32,000 nt of DNA. Source: Candidatus Saccharimonadota bacterium (GTDB lineage Archaea; Nanohalarchaeota; Nanosalinia; Nanosalinales; Nanosalinaceae). The position numbers and the translations under genes are program-made. Of this stretch, positions 24,437-32,000 are shown one piece after another (the stretch's first letter is position 1; each line of letters opens with the position of its first letter). The notes beneath the pieces are model-generated. The model was not told the origin of the DNA. It saw only the letters and a program-made list of their open reading frames with translations, and made no database searches. Location of the stretch: assembly GCA_001761425.1 (NCBI GenBank), contig CP012986.1:810001-842000 (forward strand), read 5' to 3'.

Positions 24437-25033
24437 TTATGTTACTGTTCTCTGGTTTTGTTTGGAGACATATCCATCTTCTACAGAAGCTACAAACCTT
24501 GGTTTTCTGATTTCATGCACTTCATCAGCCAGGTCTGAAAGTTTCTCCTGAACATGCCTGGACATAAACGGAGTGGCAACCGTAGAATGATCTATACCTT
24601 TTTTCATACATGCTCCGAGGGAAGCTGACGTCCTTGCACCAGAAGATATCCCGTCAGTAACAAGCAAAATATTCTCCCCCTTCAGATCACGTCTCTCAAC
24701 TCTATCCAGGGCCTTTACCTGTCCAGCCAGTTTTCTGCGGGCCTTTTCGGCCATCCTCTGTACTTTTCCTCTATCTATGGTGAATTCCTCTATGACGCGG
24801 TCTTCAAGCCAGATGGTGCCTTCCTGTGCTACTGCGCCAAAAACAGGGCCTTTTTCTCCTGCCTTAAGTTTTTTCGACATCACTGCAGTGTGTGGAAGGC
24901 CTAGTTCCTTTGATACTTTCTCTGCTACTTTGAGGCCTGATCTTGTAGACGCGACTACTGTGTCTGCTTTTGTACCGGTTTTTTCAAGTGATCTTGCAAG
25001 GATTTTTCCAGCTTCCTTTCTGTTCTTGAACAT
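24437..25033 (-). CDS. Predicted phosphoribosyltransferase (COG1926-like)
   Basis: 'MFKNRKEAGKILARSL', 'VVASTRSGLKVAEKVSKELGLP' and the PRPP loop 'ENILLVTDGISSGARTSASL' match the family layout. Confidence 0.75.
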   Translation of the reverse strand: MFKNRKEAGKILARSLEKTGTKADTVVASTRSGLKVAEKVSKELGLPHTAVMSKKLKAGEKGPVFGAVAQEGTIWLEDRVIEEFTIDRGKVQRMAEKARRKLAGQVKALDRVERRDLKGENILLVTDGISSGARTSASLGACMKKGIDHSTVATPFMSRHVQEKLSDLADEVHEIRKPRFVASVEDGYVSKQNQRTVT

Positions 25034-25193
25034 ATTATTAGTTATAGATTCTCTGCTTAAACGTGATATTACAGGCCTATAGGTGTGTTAAAGAAAGTGT
25101 GTGATTTCTTCTGATTTTATTTATGAGTGTTTTACTGTAATTGTTTCTGTGTAAATCTGATTTTAATCAAGGGATACGTTCTAGTAGAATATA

Positions 25194-26651
25194 ATGACTG
25201 AAAATAAACAGCAGGATCTGAACAGGTTTACTGGAGGAAGCGAATTCCCTAGTGAGGTGAGGTCAGTGAGCGAGGATGTTTCACAGGCTATCGATCGGAT
25301 TGAACGTGTAAGCGATGATTTTGACTGGTCTGTCGACCGCGATGGAAAGTACGGTGAGATATATGACCAGATCCTGGAAGAAGGTGGAACTGAGCTGGAG
25401 GCGAATATAGTTTCAGGCGCAGTGAAGCTTCTGGATGTTCTCGATGAGAGAGGTATAGACCTTGAGGGAAAAGATATTTTCAGGACAACTGACTGGGACG
25501 GAGTCGTGAACGCTCTTGAAGGAGAAGAACATGAAGGAATCTACCCTGGAGTCATGGAGGCGAAAAGGACTTATCCTGCAGCAGGTAATGAAGCAGGTGA
25601 AGCAGTTATAACGGCGAGAGGCCTTGATTACATCCGGCATAATGCCAGGGACATCCTTGGATGGCGTGACGATCTTACTCTGGCTGCGGAAAACGGCAAC
25701 GTTATCGAGTACGATGACAGTGTTTTTGTCAGGGACATGGACGGTTACAAAAAGGAGGATATTTCACCGCTGACCACAAGGCCTTTATCTAATTTCCAGC
25801 AGCTCCTGAGAAGACAGGCTGCGGAAAACGACCTCAAGCTTATCTTCGGTAAAAGTATCTCTCCTGCACGTCTGACCGTGAGCGTCGAAGAAGTGGACAG
25901 GACAGGCCTTCGAGGAGATGGTTTCTATGCACAGAACTTTGAGGACGATCCTGAGGACTTGAGGAAGCAGTTTGAGAACGTTGCTCGATCTTTCGGGTAT
26001 CCCAAGCCCCGTATCATGGATCTTGACGGTGAAGAAGAGTTTATGGATAATCCCTGGTTCGATGAGGCAAATCCTATCGTAATGGACGGAGATCGCTTCA
26101 TCTACCCGGACAACGACAACGCCAACGAGATCATCAGTGAAACACTGAAAAAACAGATGCCTTACCAGGAGCTAAGATACAGCACTCACGACGACCGAGA
26201 TGATCTCCTGGTACTCCAGCACGACCGCTCATCCCGTGATATCGGTCTAGACGAGGCCTTGAACTGTCTTGAGAGAGCTGCATACTTGAGCGAGGTCACC
26301 AGAGGAGATAACATCGAGATAGAGGAGAACGAAGACGGCTGGATCGATGCGTATATAGGCCTTGACTCCGAAATGCCGGTGAAAGAGCTTGCTGCACACA
26401 AGATCGCAGACCTGAACTACAGTTCAGACGGAGATGACAACTCGGTGATATTCCATATGGACGACAAAAAAACAGGAGTTATGAGAGGCCTCAACACCAT
26501 ACCATTCGTGAAACAGGGACACGGCGGAGATCAGTACGTACAGGACCAGGATATCAGCCATGTGGAAGCAAATGCCTTCCCAGACTTTTACCTGGCAGTT
26601 ACAGAGGCCTTGAACCGGTATGAAGACCTGGAAAGCATGCCAGACCGGTAG
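25194..26651 (+). CDS. Hypothetical acidic protein, 485 aa, no recognisable domain
   Basis: A long ORF with an ATG start and the coding-like acidic composition of the rest of the window. The antisense ORFs are shadows. Confidence 0.75.
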   Translation: MTENKQQDLNRFTGGSEFPSEVRSVSEDVSQAIDRIERVSDDFDWSVDRDGKYGEIYDQILEEGGTELEANIVSGAVKLLDVLDERGIDLEGKDIFRTTDWDGVVNALEGEEHEGIYPGVMEAKRTYPAAGNEAGEAVITARGLDYIRHNARDILGWRDDLTLAAENGNVIEYDDSVFVRDMDGYKKEDISPLTTRPLSNFQQLLRRQAAENDLKLIFGKSISPARLTVSVEEVDRTGLRGDGFYAQNFEDDPEDLRKQFENVARSFGYPKPRIMDLDGEEEFMDNPWFDEANPIVMDGDRFIYPDNDNANEIISETLKKQMPYQELRYSTHDDRDDLLVLQHDRSSRDIGLDEALNCLERAAYLSEVTRGDNIEIEENEDGWIDAYIGLDSEMPVKELAAHKIADLNYSSDGDDNSVIFHMDDKKTGVMRGLNTIPFVKQGHGGDQYVQDQDISHVEANAFPDFYLAVTEALNRYEDLESMPDR

Positions 26652-26894
26652 AGAAAAAAGAAAACATATAGATGCAGACCAGTGAATAGATCTGTTGATT
26701 GAAAAAGACCCATCCATTATGTTTGAACAATTTTATCGCCGGAGAGGACTCTATATTCGATAAGATATTCTCTACTATAATAATAGTTTATTTAGTAGAG
26801 ATATAACTGGTTTAGTAATGGACCGGGGAATACTGAACTTGGAGACATCTGGAAGGGATCAAAATCTGTGGAAAGCTGTGGAGGGAGTGTAGCT

Positions 26895-26996
26895 ATGAAC
26901 GCAAACGCCAAAGATTTCGAAGTTGAGCTAATGAACGAGGACATACAGGAAGAAGTACCTGTTTCCGGCGGATTGAAGCTTATTACTGCGATTTAA
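26895..26996 (+). CDS. Candidate micro-ORF (33 aa) with a double-glycine motif
   Basis: MNANAKDFEVELMNEDIQEEVPVSGGLKLITAI. GGAGG at 26880-26884 lies 10 nt before the ATG. A 24-codon ORF (26818-26892) that has a TATA-like box about 28 nt upstream ends 2 nt before it. Confidence 0.2.
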   Translation: MNANAKDFEVELMNEDIQEEVPVSGGLKLITAI

Positions 26997-27124
26997 AACC
27001 TCATATTTACTTTATATTATTAAGTGGAGGAGTTTTCCAAAAAAGAAAATTATATCGTTCCATATTCCACGGAGTATAACAATTCCTATTACCTCATAAG
27101 GCCTACTGTATAACAGAAAGCACC

Positions 27125-27823
27125 ATGAAGACCACAAAGACTATTCTAGTAGTTCTTGTACTTGCTATAGCCCCAGTACTGTTTTTCACAGCCGGTAACG
27201 GAATTCTGGACAGCAGTAAAGAAGATCACAGTATACAGGGAAGAGAGACTACAAATTTAACAGAGAACAGAGATGAAGACAGAGGAGAGAAGAACCGCTC
27301 CAACAGGCAAAATAATACTTCAGAAACACTGAACGACGATCCCAGCACAGAGATAGATCTTCTGAAAGAGGAAAGAATAAAACCTGTAAAACAGGAGAAA
27401 ACCGCTCAAAAGGCCTTGGACAGCTTCATGGAAAATAGTTCGGAAGCAGCGAAGAAGTTTATTCATCCGGGTACCAGCAGCGTATTCATACTTGAAAGCA
27501 CCGATTCCAAAATACTTACTTTCGTCCAGACCAGCGAGGAAAAGACCAAAATCAACCTGACAGTAGAAGGCCTTGATGGAGAAGCTATCAGAGGAAAACG
27601 TTTTATCAGCCAGAGAAGCGGAGAAGATTCCTTCGATATTTCAGTGAACCTCACAGCTAGCGAGATCGAAGTAATCGGTTTCAGACTTAACGACTCTGTA
27701 AACGTGAAGCTTGAGCAGGAACTTCCTGACAGTATGAAATGGCAGCTGATCTCGGGACCTGTAAAAAATTTGAAAGTCGTGAAACTGGACGATGAGAGGC
27801 CTTTAACCATCAGGCCTGACTGA
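27125..27823 (+). CDS. Hypothetical secreted or membrane-anchored protein
   Basis: The N-terminus 'MKTTKTILVVLVLAIAPVLFFTAGNG' is a signal/anchor. 232 aa. Confidence 0.7.
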   Translation: MKTTKTILVVLVLAIAPVLFFTAGNGILDSSKEDHSIQGRETTNLTENRDEDRGEKNRSNRQNNTSETLNDDPSTEIDLLKEERIKPVKQEKTAQKALDSFMENSSEAAKKFIHPGTSSVFILESTDSKILTFVQTSEEKTKINLTVEGLDGEAIRGKRFISQRSGEDSFDISVNLTASEIEVIGFRLNDSVNVKLEQELPDSMKWQLISGPVKNLKVVKLDDERPLTIRPD

Positions 27824-27828
27824 TAGAT

Positions 27829-29172
27829 CTAGAAAGTATCCAGAAGCTCTTTTGCACGGCCCTCTGGAATCCTGGAGGAGACTAACTCATCCATATAGAA
27901 ACCGCATCCGAAAACCTTTCCTTCATAGACCAGGGCTACATAACCTTTCTGCTCCATCACTCTCTCGATCATATCTCCTCTAAGCAGATCTCTGAACTCT
28001 TTCTCAGTTGTCTCAACCCTGTTTTCCCTGATACTGTCTCCGAGCAGTTGAAGCAGGTACGTAGTCGGCTTCAGGCCTATATCCATAAACCTGACTGCTC
28101 TGATACCTGAAGTCTCGAACTCAAGGCCTGACTTTTCTTCAGGTGAAAGCCAGATATCGCCCGAAACCTCTCTGAGGCCGAGGCCTTCCAGTTCTTCTTT
28201 CTTTACTCCAAATCTTTCCTTCAGGTATTCTCTGGCTTCCTCCGGTCTAGTTTCTGAAGTCGATGAAGTCGGAGATTTCACCTGGTCAGATGAACTCTCA
28301 GAGTTAACGAATCTTGCAACGAAGATCACCCCTGAATTAATGTGGTGAGGATAGATACGGACCGCTTTCCTGACATCTTCACTGTAACTTCTTCCTTCAA
28401 AGCTCTGGACGCCTTCAGCGTGTTCGACACCCGGTTCAAAGCTCTCGAGGTCAAGGCCTTCGCTCAGTCCGTGTTCGATCACTTCCTCGTTCTCCTTCGG
28501 GTTGATAGTGCATGTGGAATAGACTATAACTCCGTCTTCTTTCAGCAATTCCTTTGCTTTCGACAGTAACTGTTTCTGAAGCTTTGCAAGGCCTTCAATC
28601 TCGTCTTCAGGCGCTGATTTAAAGTTTCTGTAAAACCTGTCTCCCTCTCCGCTGCATGGAGCATCTACCAGGATCCTGTCGAATTTTTCATCCTCGGGAA
28701 TCCTTCTTCCATCATAATTCGTCGCTTCTACAACCGCTGAGCCAGTTCTGTAGACGTTGGCGTGAAGGCTTTTCATCCTCTGACCGGACTCATCGTTCGC
28801 GACGACAAGGCCTTTATTGTCCATTCTATCCGCTATCTGAGTTGCTTTACCGCCTGGTGCTGCGCACATATCCAGGACTTTTTCACCGGGCTGAGGATCT
28901 AACGCTTTGACCGGGAGTGATGCGGATTCTTCCTGTACATAGTACTGTCCTCTCCAGTGAAGCGAGGTCTTGCCCGGTGTCTCCGTATCTTTCAGCCTGT
29001 AGATCTTTTCATTCCAGTCAGCTTTTTCTACATGTTCGAAACTTTCACTCAACTTCTCTTCAAAGTCTTCTGAGGCCTTCAAGTCGTTTCTTCTCGCGAC
29101 GTTCAAGGGATAAGAGTCCTTCTCCTCTTTGAAAGCTTCCCAGTCATCGATCAGGTTTTTGTAACGTTCCAT
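27829..29172 (-). CDS. NOL1/NOP2/Sun-family RNA (cytosine-C5)-methyltransferase with a C-terminal PUA-like region
   Basis: SAM motif I 'VLDMCAAPGGKATQIA', motif IV 'LVDAPCSGEG', motif VI 'VIVYSTCTINPKENE'. ATG 29172 (MERYKNL) is preferred over TTG 29193. Confidence 0.9.
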   Translation of the reverse strand: MERYKNLIDDWEAFKEEKDSYPLNVARRNDLKASEDFEEKLSESFEHVEKADWNEKIYRLKDTETPGKTSLHWRGQYYVQEESASLPVKALDPQPGEKVLDMCAAPGGKATQIADRMDNKGLVVANDESGQRMKSLHANVYRTGSAVVEATNYDGRRIPEDEKFDRILVDAPCSGEGDRFYRNFKSAPEDEIEGLAKLQKQLLSKAKELLKEDGVIVYSTCTINPKENEEVIEHGLSEGLDLESFEPGVEHAEGVQSFEGRSYSEDVRKAVRIYPHHINSGVIFVARFVNSESSSDQVKSPTSSTSETRPEEAREYLKERFGVKKEELEGLGLREVSGDIWLSPEEKSGLEFETSGIRAVRFMDIGLKPTTYLLQLLGDSIRENRVETTEKEFRDLLRGDMIERVMEQKGYVALVYEGKVFGCGFYMDELVSSRIPEGRAKELLDTF

Positions 29173-29273
29173 GGAAAAGTTTTTCCTCGACAAGTTTTTT
29201 AGTTGGGATCTGTAGTTCCCGAGGTTCAGATCAGCGGTTGTCTTTTTGACTCTTGTCCAACAATGTATGATCG

Positions 29274-30026
29274 ATGAGCAGCGAGTCTCTGGACCTAAAC
29301 GATGACGGCAACTACGTCAAGAGATATACTGATACTTTGAGTCCTATCCGCCAGCAGTTCAGCGATTTCAGCCTGGGAGATCCTGTACCTCCTGGAAAAG
29401 AGGAAAGAGTGAGAAACGAGGTATCAGCGACAGAGGCCTTCAAGGAGATGTATATAGCACATCCAGAAGCACTTGATTACAGCGAGAAGGATGGAGAAGT
29501 CGTCCACGAAACTATAGAAGATGCAGAGACCGTCAAACATCTCCTGGAAAACTCCGGCGAGAAAAAGGCCTCAGAACTGGGAGAGCAGATGGGACATCTG
29601 ATGGCGGATATCCACCGGTTTGCGGCTCATGGAGACGCAGAGCTTGACAACTTCCTCTACAGGGACGGACAGATATTCTCTATCGACCACGAGTTCTACG
29701 AAGAGGATCCTGAACAGGAAAAAGTCAGGGAGGACATCAGACTGATGGAATCAGATGTCAGGACCCTTGAAACACCGAAGTACAGCTCATTCATCACAAG
29801 CTTCAGAGAGGCCTACAGAGAGGAACTGAGAACAGGAGAACAGATTGAAAGACCTGTAGAATCCACGCCTAACGGCAACCAGTACCCGGAGATAGAAGGC
29901 CTTGAAGAACCTATCCAGATTGTCGAAGGCCTCTCAAGAACGAGAAAAAAGCATGAAGAAGTGGACAAAGACCTTTTAGTGGAGAGATCTCTGAACCTGA
30001 TAAAGAACAGCCTGAAAAAAGTATAG
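29274..30026 (+). CDS. Hypothetical protein with a protein-kinase-like (APH/Bud32-type) catalytic-loop pattern
   Basis: 'LMADIHRFAAHGDAELDNFLYRDGQIFSIDHEF' resembles the H-G-D-x4-N ... [IV]-D-[FH]-E catalytic and Mg-binding loops. The assignment is pattern-based only. Confidence 0.55.
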   Translation: MSSESLDLNDDGNYVKRYTDTLSPIRQQFSDFSLGDPVPPGKEERVRNEVSATEAFKEMYIAHPEALDYSEKDGEVVHETIEDAETVKHLLENSGEKKASELGEQMGHLMADIHRFAAHGDAELDNFLYRDGQIFSIDHEFYEEDPEQEKVREDIRLMESDVRTLETPKYSSFITSFREAYREELRTGEQIERPVESTPNGNQYPEIEGLEEPIQIVEGLSRTRKKHEEVDKDLLVERSLNLIKNSLKKV

Positions 30027-30029
30027 AGT

Positions 30030-30596
30030 TTAGAAGTCAGTGAACTTTTTCTGACCTGACTCTTCTTTCCCGAAGGCCTTTCTCAAATCTTTTTCCAGTT
30101 CAGGGCCTTTAGACCTGTCATAAAGTGCCGCTGCCGGATGGTACACGGGCATGATTTTCTGGCCTTCACGGGTAAAAATCCGGCCGTGAATCTTGCTGAT
30201 ACCCTTACCAGTATCTAGAACGTGTTTAGAAGGGAAATTACCCAGTGTTACGATCATCTCCGGATCTACATCCTCAAGCTCCTGCTGAAGCAGAGGTGCC
30301 CAGGCCTCTATCTCTTCTTTCTTCGGATCACGGTTGTCCGGAGGCCTTATCTTCACCAGGTTCGTGATATAGATATCACCTCTTTCTACATCAATATCTC
30401 TCAGTATATCGTTCATACGTTCTCCTGCACGACCTACGAAAGGTTCTCCCTGTTCGACTTCGTTCGCTCCCGGTGCTTCGCCGATAAAGACTACATCCGC
30501 GTCTTCAGGGCCTACGGAAGGCACGAAACGCTCTTCATCCATGTAGCTGGGATGCACAGTCTCGAAAAAATCCTCGTACTTTTTCCTGAAATCCAT
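30030..30596 (-). CDS. udg: Uracil-DNA glycosylase superfamily, family-4-like, without cysteines
   Basis: Motif A 'VVFIGEAPGANEVEQGEPFVGRAGERMNDIL' and motif B 'VYHPAAALY'. There is no Cys anywhere in the 188 aa. Confidence 0.8.
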   Translation of the reverse strand: MDFRKKYEDFFETVHPSYMDEERFVPSVGPEDADVVFIGEAPGANEVEQGEPFVGRAGERMNDILRDIDVERGDIYITNLVKIRPPDNRDPKKEEIEAWAPLLQQELEDVDPEMIVTLGNFPSKHVLDTGKGISKIHGRIFTREGQKIMPVYHPAAALYDRSKGPELEKDLRKAFGKEESGQKKFTDF

Positions 30597-30626
30597 AGAA
30601 AAAAATATTTTTGAATTCTTTTTAAC

Positions 30627-30995
30627 CTATCTAAAGGCCTCATCAAGGCCTTCAACAACATCATTGATGTAATCCTGTTCTACCTCTACATCGGACGAGC
30701 GACTTTCCTCTCCGTACACCTTGACTCTGAAACCTCTTTCACTATTTCTCTCTGAGACGAAGAATTCTCCGGGTTCAAGGCCTGAGTCAAGTATCTGTCG
30801 GTAAGCCTTTTCCGCTGTTTCAGTATCTATCATGCCTTCAAAGCTTCCTGGATACGATTCTTCGGATTCTGCCAGAGGACCTTCTCCAGAGATGAACACT
30901 TCATTTCTGGTAATGAAGCCGTGTTCTGCATCGACCCTGTACCTTGGACCTGTTCCCAGGTCGCTGAAATACTCGATCTCGAATCCTCTACCCAT
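30627..30995 (-). CDS. Hypothetical acidic protein
   Basis: 122 aa with an ATG start and no recognised motif. Confidence 0.6.
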   Translation of the reverse strand: MGRGFEIEYFSDLGTGPRYRVDAEHGFITRNEVFISGEGPLAESEESYPGSFEGMIDTETAEKAYRQILDSGLEPGEFFVSERNSERGFRVKVYGEESRSSDVEVEQDYINDVVEGLDEAFR

Positions 30996-31223
30996 CGTAC
31001 CAAAACGTTGTTACCCAAAAATTATAAAAACAATCTCTCCAGTTTGCCGCCATTATCTAGCTAGCACCCGGAACTACCCGGACAAGGCCTCGAAATGAAA
31101 GAGGTTCAGAAAGACGTTATAGTTCGGCCTATCACTTCTCAGAAAAAGTGAGGAGCTTCTGAAGAAGGCCTCTGGGATCGTCTCCGGTGAACAATAGGCG
31201 AGTTTAAATTATTGGCCAGTTCT

Positions 31224-32000
31224 ATGGGGTTTATGGAGATGCCGGATTCTGTTGAGGGATACAGGCCTTCACGCCAGCAGCTTGCTGTTATCTGTTCAGG
31301 TATCGTGAGCATGGGACTGGAAATCTTGGCAGGTAGAGTGCTTGCACCGAATTTTGGTTCGACTATCTATACCTGGGGATCGATTATAGGTATCTCGATG
31401 CTGGCACTCAGCCTTGGATATCATAGAGGAGGCAAGAGCGCGAAGAAAGCAGATGAAGGCCATCTTGACAGCTTTCTTATCTATACAGCAGTCTATATCG
31501 TGTTCCTGACGGTTATAGGAGAACAGATACTAACTTTGACATCTGCACTGCCAATAGGAGCGAGGTACGCACCATTAATCCCGGTAACACTGCTTTTCGG
31601 GCCTCCGACCTATTTCCTCGGATTCATTAGCCCTTACGCAGTCCAGCTATCGAAAAAAGAGAACAAGGGAGAGGCCTCAGGTCATTTCTACGCAGTAGGG
31701 ACAGCAGGAAGCATCCTGGGAGCATTCGGAACCACCTACCTGTTAATACCGAACTTCGCTGTAAACACGATCTACGTATTGTTTACGGCCATAACTCTTC
31801 TCCCGGTACTGAGAGGCCTTGGAAATCCGAAGACATATCTTTTACCTATTTTTGTTATCTCAGGCCTTCTTCTAAGCGGTTCTGTCTCTGTTCCAGGAAA
31901 TACTGTTTACGAGGACAGTACTGCTTACCAGGAATTGCGTGTGGCGGATGAGGACGGTGTAAGGACTTTGTATCTGGATGGCCAGCCCCAGTCCTCCATG
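31224..32000 (+). CDS. Membrane-fused spermidine-synthase-like protein, N-terminal part; continues past the right edge
   Basis: ATG 31224 stays in frame to position 32000 (259 codons). It has multiple TM segments (LAVICSGIVSMGLEILAGRVL, IYTWGSIIGISMLALSLGY, ...), followed by 'YQELRVADEDGVRTLYLDGQPQS', the start of the spermidine synthase core. Confidence 0.7.
   Translation, partial: MGFMEMPDSVEGYRPSRQQLAVICSGIVSMGLEILAGRVLAPNFGSTIYTWGSIIGISMLALSLGYHRGGKSAKKADEGHLDSFLIYTAVYIVFLTVIGEQILTLTSALPIGARYAPLIPVTLLFGPPTYFLGFISPYAVQLSKKENKGEASGHFYAVGTAGSILGAFGTTYLLIPNFAVNTIYVLFTAITLLPVLRGLGNPKTYLLPIFVISGLLLSGSVSVPGNTVYEDSTAYQELRVADEDGVRTLYLDGQPQSSM

Larger units (their letters stand above)
1..32000. 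repeat. Dispersed hyper-abundant 6-bp palindrome AGGCCT (about 140 copies by manual scan)
   Basis: A hand scan of every line found about 144 AGGCCT sites. Examples: 327-332, 8740-8745, 9387-9392, 9576-9581, 10590-10595, 10611-10616, 17625-17630, 22402-22407, 27797-27802, 27812-27817. The count may be off by a few. Confidence 0.85.

Noticed and set aside
1-32000. Search for CRISPR arrays, IS elements, long direct or inverted repeats and reverse-transcriptase/DGR template-variable repeat pairs.
   Set aside because: By eye I saw no regularly spaced repeats and no transposase, integrase or RT-like ORFs. The only repetitive signal found is the dispersed AGGCCT hexamer. A dot-plot would be needed to exclude diverged repeats.

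Overview
The window looks archaeal. GC is in the mid-40s % by eye and almost every convincing ORF encodes a very acidic protein. AT-rich TATA-like boxes sit about 27-30 nt upstream of several ATGs, which suggests leaderless mRNAs. The tRNA has no encoded CCA and the 5S rRNA gene stands alone. Together this fits a low-GC, salt-in halophile, possibly a nanohaloarchaeon (inference only). Coding density is high, with about 40 CDS. Housekeeping genes: ileS, thiI, an NcsA/TtuA-type tRNA thiolase, a NOL1/NOP2/Sun m5C RNA methyltransferase, riboflavin synthase, a sugar nucleotidyltransferase, HAD and HIT hydrolases, a TRAM protein, a DsbB/BdbC-like oxidoreductase, Roadblock/LC7, a family-4-like UDG, and a membrane-fused spermidine-synthase-like protein truncated at the right edge. 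RNA genes: tRNA-Ser(CGA) and the orphan 5S rRNA. An accessory-looking block spans about 17.2-27.1 kb. It holds a TasA/camelysin-like secreted protein with a SipW-type signal peptidase, a PHP phosphoesterase, two paralogous wHTH regulators, an orphan VapB-like antitoxin ORF, two tandem phosphoribosyltransferase-like genes with atypical PRPP loops, a 485-aa orphan protein and micro-ORFs. The most unusual signal is not a gene. The palindrome AGGCCT occurs about 140 times in 32 kb by hand count, against roughly 6 expected from base composition. It appears in all three codon phases and in intergenic DNA, which resembles the cyanobacterial HIP1 highly iterated palindrome. I found no CRISPR array, transposase, integrase or reverse transcriptase.
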